In this document: positions 12,301 through 26,100 of the stretch, one piece after another
Layout of the letters: every line of letters starts with the position of its first letter
Numbering within the stretch: position 1 is the stretch's first letter
NCBI RefSeq assembly: GCF_964355755.1
Contig: NC_092674.1
Span: forward strand, 30,566,001 to 30,630,000
Length of the DNA: 64,000 bases
Direction of reading: 5' to 3'
DNA from: Antedon mediterranea
Taxonomy: Eukaryota > Animalia > Echinodermata
Translations under genes and position numbers: made by a program
The notes under the pieces: model-generated
Told to the model about the DNA's origin: nothing
Database searches by the model: none
What the model saw: only the letters and a program-made list of their open reading frames with translations

Positions 12301-15003
12301 GCAATTCATTAATACTTACATACTACGCAATTCATTTATACTTACACACTACGCAATTCATTAATACTTACACACTACGCAATTCATTTATACTTACACA
12401 CTACGCAATTCATTTATACTTACACACTACGCAATTCATTTATACTTACACACTACGCAATTCATTAATACTTACATACTACGCAATTCATTTATACTTA
12501 CACACTACGTAATTCATTTATACTTACACACTACGCAATTCATTAATACTTACATACTACGCAATTCATTTATACTTACATACTACGTAATTCATTTATA
12601 CTTACACACTACGCAATTCATTTATACTTACACACTACGCAATTCATTAATACTTACACACTACGCAATTCATTTATACTTACACACTACGCAATTCATT
12701 TATACTTACACACTACGCAATTCATTAATACTTACATACTACTCAATTCATTTATACTTACATACTACGTAATTCATTTATACTTACACACTACGCAATT
12801 CATTTATACTTACATACTACGCAATTCATTTATACTTACACACTACGTAATTCATTTATACTTACACACTACGCAATTCATTAATACTTACATACTACGC
12901 AATTCATTTATACTTACACACTACGCAATTCATTAATACTTACACACTACGCAATTCATTTATACTTACACACTACGCAATTCATTTATACTTACACACT
13001 ACGCAATTCATTTATACTTACACACTACGCAATTCATTAATACTTACATACTACGCAATTCATTTATACTTACACACTACGTAATTCATTTATACTTACA
13101 CACTACGCAATTCATTAATACTTACATACTACGCAATTCATTTATACTTACATACTACGTAATTCATTTATACTTACACACTACGCAATTCATTTATACT
13201 TACACACTACGCAATTCATTAATACTTACACACTACGCAATTCATTTATACTTACACACTACGCAATTCATTTATACTTACACACTACGCAATTCATTAA
13301 TACTTACATACTACTCAATTCATTTATACTTACATACTACGTAATTCATTTATACTTACACACTACGCAATTCATTTATACTTACACACTACGCAATTCA
13401 TTTATACTTACACACTACGCAATTCATTTATACTTACACACTACGCAATTCATTAATACTTACACACTACGCAATTCATTTATACTTACACACTACGCAA
13501 TTCATTAATACTTACACACTACGCAATTCATTTATACTTACATACTACGCATTTTTCATTGTCGGTGTTACGTTTCACGATGTGCAGTTGAGTCTAAAAT
13601 GAACATAAATTATTTTGTATAGCAGTATACCTTGATAGAATATTTAAATTAAAGCATAATGTTTGTATGTAGATGTATGATGTAGACTAAAGCGACATTT
13701 TATCGTTTACAAAAGGTTTTTGAAAGTAATGGTGTTCTTACAGTGCTAGTACTTTGCAGCAAGGCTAGCTTGTTTGCAGAAAGGTAATTTCAAATTTACG
13801 CGCGAATGCAAAAGCCGTACCATATTATCAAGATTTAAACACACGCGTCTAGTTGTCTCCTGCGTACTAATGAGTTTTGATTCTTCGTTTTAAAAGGAAA
13901 CTTATGTTTTTGTCCTCTTTATGTTTCTTTATAGATCAGCAAGTCTAACACTTTTATGTTGGACTCTGCGTCTAAATACTTACTTATTCGCAGAGTTTCT
14001 TTTTCATGCAATACAACCATTAAAGCTTGGTTCCCACTAGAACGTAACGCAAGGACGTAAACGCAACGCAAGCGTTTTAACCAATGACAAGCGAAGTTAT
14101 AGACAGTTAGCAATCACAAGCGAATAAATAAGCCATCGCTTGTGATTGGTCAATTCACTTGCGTTGCGTTACGTACTTGTGTTGCGTCGCTAGTGGGAAC
14201 CAAGCATTACGGTATTATTACACATTCTAATTCAATATTTACTTGTGCAAAATAGAATTCTATTAAACTAGTAAAATAAATGTTACTAACTTATAACATT
14301 AGTTACTAAGGCTGCGAATATGATAGATTTAAATTATCCTTTATATAAATAATATGAGAAAATGAGATCAAAAAGACTTAACTTGCTGAGATCATGCAAT
14401 AATCGGACAAAGATCGTGCAATAGTAGGACAAAGTTCATGCAATAGTCGGACAAAGAGATATTTTAATTCATTTGTACCTTGAAACTTTTAAATGACGTA
14501 TAATTTTGTGACTTAATCTTTTTTATCTGTACTTTTTTGATGTTTTATATTTTAATGAAATATGTTTATATAAGTGTTTCAACCTAATGTTTTATTTATT
14601 TTAATATATTTTTATATTCTATGAAATAAACTCAATATATATAATATTTTCCTTTTTACTGAGGACGAAATGAATGAATTGAATTGACATAAATTTGACG
14701 CGCGCGTACAAAGCATGTACCATATTATCACGATTTTAACGAACACGTCAAGCGTTGTCGCCTCATTTGTTGCGTTACAGCAACGACACATAAACATGAA
14801 ATGATACTCACCGGGATATTACTTATTTTCTCTTCATACACATGAACTTTTGATTTCACTTCGAGAAACAAGTATCCTTGGTTGAAGAGAATCAAAGCCA
14901 CAACAGTAGAAATGATGACGTTGAACAATAGCTGTCCACGTGACGACGAAACATTACGATTGGTTGTTTCACCAAGAATCCCGTACTCTTTCTCTGTTGA
15001 CAT
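3354..15003 (-). CDS. Type II transmembrane collagen A (MACIT-like architecture), ~487 aa, 10 coding exons
   Basis: Phase-compatible GT-AG exons: 15003-14812 (cytoplasmic tail, TM LLFNVIISTVVALILF), 13593-13542 (TQLHIVKRNTDNEKCVV), 6776-6714, 6233-6180, 6035-5949, 5778-5752, 5404-4523 (882 nt Gly-X-Y), 4274-4245, 3764-3750, 3415-3354 (stop). Sum 1464 nt = 488 codons. The last two exons are the least certain. Confidence 0.8.
7007..10737. repeat. 26-bp satellite, left block (~143 units), in intron 2 of collagen A
   Basis: Unit cttaca(c/t)actacg(c/t)aattcatt(t/a)ata. The minus strand contains GTAAGT. Confidence 0.98.
10738..12034 (+). mobile_element. Complete non-autonomous Helitron (1297 bp), copy 2, inserted in the satellite
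   Basis: 5' TC(TATATATAAA), 3' CTAG, a terminal hairpin ctagatggtacgc...gcgtgccatctag, insertion between A and T, and no TSD. The flanks acttaca|tactacgc rebuild an intact satellite unit. Confidence 0.85.
12035..13551. repeat. 26-bp satellite, right block (~58 units), ending inside collagen A exon 2
   Basis: Same unit as 7007-10737. The last unit overlaps the exon end at 13542-13551. Confidence 0.98.
14021..14209. mobile_element. MITE family A copy
   Basis: taaagcttggttcccactag...ctagtgggaaccaagcatta terminal inverted repeats. Confidence 0.8.
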
Positions 15004-15407
15004 CTTACTTTAAAAAATGTGTTCATAAATTTAAAAATCACAAATTAAAGATGTTTTGTCCCCCAAATTCATGAAAAATAAAGATTAATAAACTTCCGCA
15101 GAAAAAAAACGAACAAATATAATTATTTCAAAGATAAATTAAACGGTTAAATTTCGTTATACATTCTTATAAATTTCTTTGATTGTTGGATATTTCTTAT
15201 TTCTCTTCAAGTACTCTCATGTAGCTAAAACTGTTTTCCGAAACATGACCCTTCTTTCTGGCTCTTTTACTTTTACCATTTTGGTTTAGCTTTTTTATTA
15301 TTTTATTTCTATCTCCATTGAAATGTAGCAGCCATACACACATTATCATTTTTAGTAATTATTTTCCTTTGAATAGATATTTCTGATTACTTACAAAGGT
15401 AACTTAC

Positions 15408-15494
15408 CTTGTTATTCGCCAACCAAACCAAGTAGTGCACCGGGATCTTCTCCACTATCTATTATCGAGATTTCTGATATACGGTACTTTTATA
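15408..15494 (-). promoter_or_regulatory. Candidate TATA box and short 5' non-coding exon of collagen A
   Basis: Minus-strand TATAAAA at ~15494-15488, followed ~80 nt downstream by a consensus donor AAG|GTAAGT at ~15407. The matching acceptor was not identified. Confidence 0.4.
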
Positions 15495-16419
15495 TCATAT
15501 ATTTACGGAAATGAAGAGAATATTAAACCACTAAATGGGGAAAAGTACTTTTTATATGTATTGGTACATCCTATAATACTTACTCTTCCGGAAATTGTTG
15601 AGCATTGAAAGTAAACTTACTATCGTTATTGGGTTTTATCTACTTGAAATAGATTATTATAAAAACTAAAGTAAAATTGAAATTCAGTTAATTTAAGTAA
15701 AATATTGGAATGACTTTAATTGAAGAGAGAGTGAGAGTTTTCACCAGAAAAGAAGAGAAAGATTTCAAAGATTTACAAATGATTTGTCAAGTTTCTGAGC
15801 ACTTTATAGAGATTGTTAATATCATGTTCTTGGATGTGAACACTCCAGTTTCCTTCTCAGTAAGGGTTTGGTTTATCATGGTTGATAACATTTTCCACAT
15901 CACTTATTATGGGAGTTGTACCAGGATGTAAGTAACGGTAATATGCACTTAACATTTTGAAGGCTTGGTATACTCAACTTTGGTATTCTCAACTTAACTT
16001 ATCTGTCAATCATAACCTGCGAATTTTTAGTCGACTTAAATTAATTGTTTTGTTTTGTACTTTAGTGCCTGACGTATTCTCCTATACGACTCACCACTTG
16101 ATTCTTCTACCTTGATTCTTCTAACTAGTTCAACTCTCCTCCTTTTATCATGTAGGGAAACTCCCTTTCCTCAATGTTTTTACTCAATACGGTGTGTGGT
16201 CACTTGATTACCCAAACGTTTCCTACTGTTAAGGCACTTAAAAACTATTGGAGGATTAATATGGGTTTTCTGCTGTATGATGATAATCGTAACTTCCGAG
16301 GTGGTCTTTTTCCGGTAATCCTATAATATTTATTTTCCTAATTCATATTCTGCTATACATACATTTATTTCTACAGACGTCTCTCTTCGCTTTAAAAGTT
16401 TTCTGTTATTCAGGCATGT

Positions 16420-16615
16420 TCGCTTTCCACGATTTGTTTCCATATTTATCTGTTTTGGGCAGGATGGTTTGTTATTGTGCTAAAGTCTACATTTTTCCTT
16501 TTAATCAGTTTTTTTATTTGGTTTATCCAGTTTTCAATTTGGTCTTCCTTGTGTTTTTTAACTTTCATTTCATTATCCTTCAATGCTTGTTTAATTGGTG
16601 TATCATCCGGTAGTC
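16420..16615 (-). mobile_element. Decayed non-LTR retrotransposon (RTE-like) C-terminal fragment
   Basis: Translation RLPDDTPIKQAL...NWINQIK...AQNR*IW resembles the RLP..TP..AL/W...I/A.DR..W tail of RTE-clade ORFs. Confidence 0.55.
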
Positions 16616-17174
16616 TAGTGTCCAATACCAATGGGTGTCGAGTGGTGTCGAGTGGTGTCGAGTGGTGTCTAGTGTCCAATACCAATGACATAAAACAACC
16701 GTAAAAGCAATAGATTAAATAAACTTTTTCTTTAATACAATTCATCTTGTAGGTCTACAATTGCGTAGAATATATTAAGTAAAATGCATCAATTAATATT
16801 GTTTTAAATTTCATACAATTGTATATACGTACTTATCCTTCACTTTAAGGTGTGTAAACTATATTTAGAAAACTTACGGATAATTAATAGTCCTGAATCG
16901 AACAATATGTTTACCAGCTTATTTTAACATTTATATGTAGGCCTATCCTTATATTGTTAATATAGTGATTCGACAGTACATTTAACAAAATAGAAATCGA
17001 GATATTTTATTTAAATTATACAAACTCTAAGTAAAATCTATATATGTATTCGTCATTTAATCGTAGTCAGGTTATTTTAGATGATAATAGCTAACGAACT
17101 GACTACTCGCACCCTAGTTTTTGTTGTAAAGTATGGTTTGTTATATATCACATAGACTGAAGAGCACCACCAAC

Positions 17175-20100
17175 TTAAACACCAAGTATATTTCCAGGAT
17201 TTCCTGCAAACAAGAAACAAAACAAAATAGGCCTAGGTTAAACGAGTATATATAAGGCTACATAAATTGTAATAGTGTAGGAACGACTTTGCTGTTATGT
17301 CTACTAGGCTAATAACATGAAGTTTGGTTCCCACTAGGACGCAACGCAATGAGAGAAAGTAAAGCTTGGTTCCCATTAGGACGCAACGCAATGAGAGAAA
17401 GTAAAGTTTGGTTTCCACTAGGACGCAACGCAATGAGAGAAAGTAAAGCTTGGTTCCCACTAGGACGCAACGCAATGAGAGAAAGTAAAGCTTGGTTCCC
17501 ATTAGGACGCAACGCAATGAGAGAAAGTAAAGCTTGGTTCCCATTAGGACGCAACGCAATGAGAGAAAGTAAAGCTTGGTTCCCATTAGGACGCAACGCA
17601 ATAAAAGAAAGAAAGTAAAGATTGGTTTCCACTAGGACGCAACGCAATAAAAGAAAGAAAGTAAAGATTGGTTTCCACTAGGACGCAACGCAATAAAAGA
17701 AAGAAAGTAAAGCTTGGTTTCCACTCGCGACGCAACGCAATAAGATGTGAGCGCGCGTTCGCATAGCAAGTAACTTGACCAATCACTACGCGCGCTGTGC
17801 TTACATTGTTGCGTTTCGCGTCCAAGTGGGAACTAAACCTTATTATCCCTGCATTTTACGCAGAACTGGAAAGTGTAAATGTTATTATTTTCCAACTCAT
17901 GTCATGAATGATGTTAACAATGATATTGGACTATTAGGGCTACTAATTGTGTTGACGTTACCGTTTCTTGTCCGCCGGATATGAATAATTATTACCAAAT
18001 ATATTATATTATAACAGTTACGTTTCAACATGCTATTACGAAGGAAAGATACGATGCAAGTACTGTATATGTAATTTACATTAAGACGATTACGGTTAAT
18101 ACTACATCAAAATTATTCAGTTAAATGAAGCTATACCTCCATGGTTAAATTGTGCATGGCACTGAAACTATACTTGTGGCGAGTACCTGCATGCTTGTTT
18201 TAATCAAGACAATCTCACGGATTGTTAGGTTACCTTGTTATAATACTGACGTTTTAAACCTACTGATATAAGTGCCAAATTGAGTATTAGGCGTAATCAT
18301 ACGGGACGCAACATTATACACATTGCTGTATATGGCGCCCCGTGTTTTATTTAGCGTGATGTGAGTTTGCGCAAATGATCTTAATAAAGCATAATGCTTT
18401 GTTGTGGCCCCGCGACACATCGTGAAAAAATCGAAAGTGTTTATCCAACATTGACCATACATTAGTTCCTATTATTTATCTTTAATATATTTACCAAGAC
18501 AAGATGCAGTATACTCAGATGACGATTAGACTACAATTAGTGTATAACGAGAGGTAATAAGAAACAAACTGGTTCCTAAAATGTGTATTTTTATAGGCCA
18601 ATCCGAGTATTTTTTTTAAATATAGTTACAATTTGTTTTCTTATTAACGATTTCTTCGATCGATATCAATATTTGGATCCGTTAAAAGTGAATGATCTAA
18701 ATTAATTCCTTCATGGTACAATGATATCGTTATCATGACGTAATAAAAATAAAGGAGATTGCTATCGAAGTCTGGTAGCAATGCTAATTGTTGCGTTGCA
18801 GTGTTCCGGAGCGTCACTAGTGCGTCGTCAGAACCGGAGCAATGCAACGCAACAAAATTATATCCATCATTTAAAATACACCAAAATGTTAAAGCTTACT
18901 TACATTTTAGTAGGTTGCAGTCAGTCAGCTCATTCTACTTACCAGTCTCCCCTTTGTCACCCTTTGGACCTTCAAATACACAATATAAAGTGTTACATAA
19001 CAAGTAATATAAAAGGTGATTAAAATGTAGAAAATATGTAACTAAACGCGTTTCATATCGGGTTATCGATAATTGAATGAAAAGAAATTTGTGAAATAGA
19101 TGTCATCATTTGTCGTCGTCGTCATCACCGCCATCTTCACATCGTTGTCATCCTAAAATTGTTATTCTTTTATTGAGCTCCATCAATATTTAAAGAGATA
19201 CTTAATATAAATTATCAGTCATCTTGTAGTACATACCGGGTGGTCCTGGTAAGCCATTGTTTCCATTTTGTCCTGGTGGTCCTAAAGATATAACATTAAT
19301 AAGAGTTACAAAGAAACTCTGACGTTATTTGTGACGTCGCAAAAACAAAAATCCCAAATTAATTAATTAAAATTTATATCTTATTTATTGCTAATAAAAA
19401 ATACCTTCTGAGCCTTGGTCTCCTTGTCTACCGGGAGGTCCTGTCGATCCTAAAAAAAAGCAAGTGACAACAAATAAGTATCGCAAACAATAGAATGTAT
19501 GAAAAACCTAACTTTTGACAATTCAACAATCTTGTGACAAATGATGATGAAAATGAGGAGGGTTTACTGACCTTTGAACCCGATTCCTCCTGGTTTGCCT
19601 GCTGCTCCTGGAAGTCCTAGAAAATTAAAATATTGATTCATTAAACGTTTTAATACTTAATACTTTATAATAAGATATAAATTAATAATTAATATTTTAA
19701 TTTAAATAGAATTGTATTTTTCTTACCAACAGGGCCCGGAGGTCCAACGGAACCTTGTACTCCTAGAAAACCTGGGTAAAGAAAATGAAGATGAAAAAGG
19801 TTGTCATTACAAGTATTCTATCTGTACATCTATCTAAGTAGAGCACTGCGTTGTTTAAGATGCTGGTAGTATACAACAATCATCCTACTACACATCGATA
19901 TTACTACAATTAAGTGAGTATGGATTATAGTTATCTTTTATTATATCTTCTATTTTTAGGTAATACAATGCAATAACGTACCGCGTGGGCCTGGTGGTCC
20001 GTCAGGTCCTAGCGGGCCAGGGTCACCTGTAATGAAATCATATCTTTGTTTAAGTACCTGGTATACAAACAATATTAAACTTCAATTGTGACAATAATAT

Positions 20101-23100
20101 TTGATTGCAAAAATGAATTAAAGGAAAAGTTGTAACCTAATTGAAACAATTCACATGTTGTAAACTTTAGTCAAATAAAATACCCGTACTGTAGGTCCTA
20201 CTTAGAATAAGACCAATAGTACAAAAGGCTGCATGTATATTAGTCTTTATTGATGCCTTTATTTAATTTACTAAAACTATAGGATAGGGAAACTTACCAG
20301 GTTTTCCAGGTTCTCCGGTCGCCCCGGCTGATCCTGTGGACAAATTAACATTAACTAATTGCAGATTATATTTACTTTAAACGTACACATTTTAATATGG
20401 AAGCCGTTTTGCAAATGGATATAATATAACTATACAGATTATTATGATATAAACTACAACCATGTGCCTAATAGTTTTGTTTACTTTACCTGCAGATCCA
20501 GGTACACCGGGGGCGCCGGGTGCTCCGACTGGTCCAACTTTCCCCACTGAACCTTTCCTTCCAGTTTTTCCTAATTTTCCAGGAGGTCCTTGTGGGCCTC
20601 GTTGTCCTCTATTTCCTGGTTTTCCATTTTTGCCATCTAATCCAGGTTCACCTTTCATGGGTAGATCAGGATCTGGGCCTTTTAGACCTTGTACTCCGGT
20701 CTCACCACGATCACCTTTCTGTCCTGGGGGACCGATTTGGCCTTTTGGACCAGGAACACCAGGTGAGCCAGTGATAGCAGGAGGGGGAGGGACTGACGGT
20801 GTTCGTTCTCCCTTTGCGCCTTTAGCTCCTGGTTGTCCGGCTGGTCCAATTTCGCCCGTATCTCCTTTCTTTCCTTGTGTACCTTTCTGACCGGGTTCAG
20901 ATGGTGGTGACTTGCAACAGGATCCTTTTGGTCCCCGGCGTCCTTCAGGACCTGTTTCTCCGGGTGGTCCTTGAGGTCCCGTGACACCTGCGAAGCCTCG
21001 TTTTCCGCCTGGTCCTGGTTTTCCTTGAGGACCCGGTGTTCCCTTTGGTCCATAGAACCCAATAGGACCTCGTTCACCCTTTGAACCTTCTACCCCCTTA
21101 GGACCAAAGTTTCCTAAAATGAATAAACAGTAATTATGTTATGATGACGTTAGTACAAGGCAAGCGAGTAGACCAATGTGACAATTCGAATAATCCATCC
21201 CTTGTGATTTTACGTTGCTCTTACGTCTTTGCGTTGCGTCCGTACCGTAAAAGACCACGTGTTTTACGGACGCGTACAAATCGTACGCACGCGCAACTGA
21301 CATCATTTGAAATTATACTAAGCTTATAATACCTGCGGCTCCCTTGAGACCTGATTCACCCCGAAGGCCTGGGTCACCTGGTGCTCCTAAAAATGAATGA
21401 ATTATAAGTGTCCATAATTATATTTAACTGTGTTATAATTAACATAAATAATTGGCTTATCATCATTATCATCATCGTCATCACCATCATTATCATCAAT
21501 ATCATCATCATCATCATCATCATTATTATCATTATTATTATCATTATCATCATCATTTAATATCATCATCTTCATCATCATCATTATCATCTATCATGGT
21601 AATTCGTGCCATCGTCATAATCTTACCGTCATCGCCTTGGTATCCACGAGGTCCTGTTTCACCCGGTGGGCCTGGTTCTCCAATTGACCCTGGATAACCT
21701 GATTAAAAAAAATTATTATAGACAACTGATTATTCAGATATACGGTATTTTTCGTTTACGATTTTAATATTCATAATTTGTTATATATATGTTACATATA
21801 CCAGTAGTAAAGCGCGTCTTTTAAAGATGATAATCGTATGCGGTTTAAAGCTTATGCTCTATCTACAATATCAAACTATATGTGACAACAAAATGTGTTG
21901 TGCCCAAATATGGCAGTGATGTGCACAAACATGATATGACATCATCATGTCCATATATAGTCACATCATATTTTTTGTCGCATCAAGTTTGATAGTGTAG
22001 ACAGAACTTTAAGCTTAATTAAGTAACGCAAAGCCAGTAATTTGACCAATCATAAGCGAACTGTCGCTTGTGACCAAATTAGAACAAAACGTATAAATAA
22101 CTACTTTGTTAACCTGTGATGTAATATCTGCTGACCCTTTTGTTTAATTCAATTACACATAGTTTGATGCAGACAACGATTGGGCGTGATTAAGGATGCG
22201 GTTATTATTAAAAATTCCCAGAGGTAGGCCTAATTATTTCAATCAGATTTGCTTTAGTCAGTAGTGACTATTAGTGGTAGAAAACAAACTATATAAATCA
22301 TTCACACAACGCTTGTTTCGTCTTGGCTATAACACGCGCGCGCCAAATGTAATCCGTTCGCATTTCCACCACCATTACGCGCGAGTTGCTTTTTATACAT
22401 ACATTATACCAAAGAATTTTTTTTTTTATTATACTAGCTACTATAAATTGGTATTTGGAATTGTCTAAATACCATGGGAGAACATCTAGAATTCATTTGA
22501 TGCATTTGCCGTGCCGTAGGATTACCGATAACAATGATTTAGACAAGAAGTTAGTCACCCTCAGACTACAAGTTAAGGTGATTCTCGCCGCTGGCCAAAA
22601 CAGCAGACGATGATACACCCAACTTATTATTTTGTAATAATTTTGATTGTATCACTTCGGTTTATGTTCCGTTTGCAATTTGATGTAGACGATATTGTAA
22701 TCGGTTTTGTCCCCAACATTTCCTTTTCCATAAAAAGGTTATTTTTATGTTTCTTTATAATTGGAATGGTAATTTTATTTTCAAAGGTAAATTGTTGATG
22801 AAAAAAATATGTGATCGTATTCACTAATTACTTCACTCAATGAACAGTCAAGGCTGTCTCGATCTTGGCGATATTCAGTAGGAAAATTTGTAAATGTTAA
22901 ACCCGATTTTCGACTTAGCGAAGTTAGTATTCGAAAGAGACAGCTTATACGCATGCGTAGAGAGGGATTTGAAAGATGGGACAATGAATACGCATGCGTA
23001 TAAGCTGACGCTTTCGCTTCGCGCGAACAAATTCGTCTAGTGGAAAATCAGCTTAGTGTGTTCCCTTTTAGACTTATAAGTGTCAATCAAGATTTCCCTG

Positions 23101-26100
23101 AATTAATAATCGAAATACTATATTGTGTTATAATTCCTTTGAAAGGGAACACAATAGTGACTCAATCTATGCGAGTTATTATAATTCGGACAAAATACCC
23201 AAAGTGAGTTACAGGATAAAAGTGTTTTGTCGGCAATTTTCTGGACGTCTCTTAGGATTGAACGAGTTATCCTGTTTTGACCAATTTTATATAGTTTTTC
23301 TAACAATTTAATCCGAAACACAAGTACTACAACGAAGTGCAGGTAATGTTTGAAAGTGAAAGAAAGTAAATAATTGCACGATATGATGTCTATCTATCAA
23401 CACATGATATCTCTACAATGAAGAAAAGAAAGAAGAAACAAACATTGGTTTTCTTCAATCTTGTCAATTTCCAGATTAAAGAATTTAAATTTCAAGATAT
23501 CAGCAAACCATAAAGCGATGGCATCATTTTAGTTAATACTTTCTCATTTTTGTTTGAGTATAATAACAAAAGTAAATCCAGAACGCAAGAATACCATACT
23601 TGTAGGCCTCGATTCAGCCTCGATTCAGCCTAATATTGGTCAAAAACAATTTGGCACACATGGCGTGTCATACATATACTTCAGCTGGTTAGCAACAAAA
23701 GTCAAAGGAATATTAACAACATGAAAAGACAATAATTATAATAGATTTGGGACAAGTCTACTTCACACTTTGTTCTCTTTTGCTATTATTGAACATTACT
23801 TAGATTTCCTCCAACCCGCTTATCAAAAACACGTCTGCTTAGAAAAATGTTGGTATTTTGCACTACTATACTATGCGAAATATTATGTTTACCCATGGGC
23901 CTAACTTCACTAATGGTCAGACATCATTTATACACTTAGATATTGCGTATAATTAATTGTTTAATTTGGTAAACAGCAAAGCAGTTTCTTTCTTTCGTTT
24001 TTTCGCCGCTGCTGCTGTCTGCACTGGTGTGCTGTATTTCCCGCTCACCTGTTAGGAATGTAGAATCTGTCAACTTCGCCAAATCTGCTATATCATTGGC
24101 ATATATTATAATAAATTCTTTGTCTGGTAAGGTCAATTTCGTGATGAATCTCACAATTACTTACCCAAAGCAGCGCTATGGAGATTATCGAAATATCAAG
24201 ACTAGTTTTAATACCTAATAGGCCTAACAACACCTTCCCCTACCCCGCGCTTTTTACGCTGATAAATATTCCGCAGACCTACATTAACTATATTGATTAT
24301 TTTGAAATAAACCTCATTTTAATTTTTTTTTTAACTTAAAATGATGATTTGATTAACCGACTTTCGCTCAAATATGCCTCATAATTGTGATAAATAATTG
24401 GGTTTAACACTATGTTTCCTGTATCTAAATTCTATCCACATTATCTTAATGTTTTCCATTCCTGGTAATAGAATCGTAATTTCAAAATGCATTCGTCCAT
24501 TTAATTGAAGGTGTTAATAAGTGCTTACCCATTTCTCCTTGTATTCCTTGCGCTCCTGGGCTACCTGCTCGTCCAGGTCTTCCGGGAGGACCTGGAGAAT
24601 AAGATCAAATATTAACAATTGTGGATATTTTTAGATACTTAGGCGCTCTGATTATCATTGAATAACAGGGATGATACGAAAGCGGAGCACATAGTTTAAT
24701 AGTGTGTCCAATTGAATAGTTTTAATCAATAAATATGAAATTAATTTCCTTTAAAAAATGTATTGTCCCCCTAAGAAAAACGGTTTTTTTTTACACTTTT
24801 TTTGTTGAATAGTTATTATCACTTTGACCAAAAATGGATCGAAAAAAAAAAATTTCTGAAAAAAACAACTTTATTAGGCCTAAAAGTAATTTACAGCAAA
24901 ATATACCTAAATATCTGTCTATCAATGGTTTTTGGTTAAAATTAACTGTTATTTGTCTTTTTATAAGTGAAATATTTAATTTCGTTGATTTTTTTTCCTA
25001 CAGAAGTGAATAACTTATTAAAACTGCAAAATGGCCTATTCAAAGTCTGATTTTATTAATCTATTTTTCAGGTTTTTGGGGGACAATACATCTTTCAAGA
25101 AAGTTTAGGATCATGCAAATTTAGATATTAGGCTACTAAATAGTTATTATAATTTTCCTTGAAGTTATATAGGGATTACATGAAGGTTTGATATGATATT
25201 TAGCAGGCATTGTTGATCATCTTACATTCCCAGAGGACTTTGTAAGGGAGATGTTTGCGCGCTGCATTAATCCAAAGTAATCCATTAATTAGATCACTTC
25301 CTGGAAGATGTTGACAAAACATCGATGCTGCATAGAACCTTCAAATACTCTGTATGCGTTAAAAGATAATGACAAGTCAATTATGATATCATTTGGTAAT
25401 GAGATCAGGAGTATAATTTGTTCACGACACTTTCAAAGTCATCGCCAATTACAGCCTGTGTTAATTTTGCTAATTAGGACCATTATGGTACACGTCAGGC
25501 AAGATTTGAGCCCATGACCCTGTGACTAACAGACAATCTTGTTAACCACCACTACTACCATCAACATCATCAACAACATCATCATCAACGTCACTATCAT
25601 CAACATCACTATCATCATCATCAACATCATCAACATTACCAACATCATCAACATCATCCACATCTTATTATCATCATCTGATCCTCATATGATTTGAACA
25701 ATTCAATTCCAATAAATTGATTTCATTCAAAATAACACAAATGCAAAATAGTTACACAATGCATGATGTTTGATGATATGAGACCAAACAATGACATTGA
25801 TATTATGGGTAGTGCTGAGTGTTGAGTATGATTACGATGGCAATGTTATTGATCAATACAGTTCTTACATTGGCTCGGGCATGATTCTGCTCTTGCTTTT
25901 GGTTTCTTCTTCTTCTTTTTACCGCCATTTGCTGGTTTCTTTGGTTCTTTTGGCTTACCACCTGGTTTAACTTCAGGTTCAGGCTCTGGCTCCCCCGTGG
26001 GACTTCCTGCCTGCCGTTTACTTATCCTCTATTACATAAAATATTTAATAAGCATAAGAGATATAGCACTTTTGACATATCGTACAAAATATTTTTTGAT

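Noticed and set aside
21374-21697. Poly-Met, poly-Asp and poly-His ORFs
   Set aside because: These are translations of an (ATC)n microsatellite.
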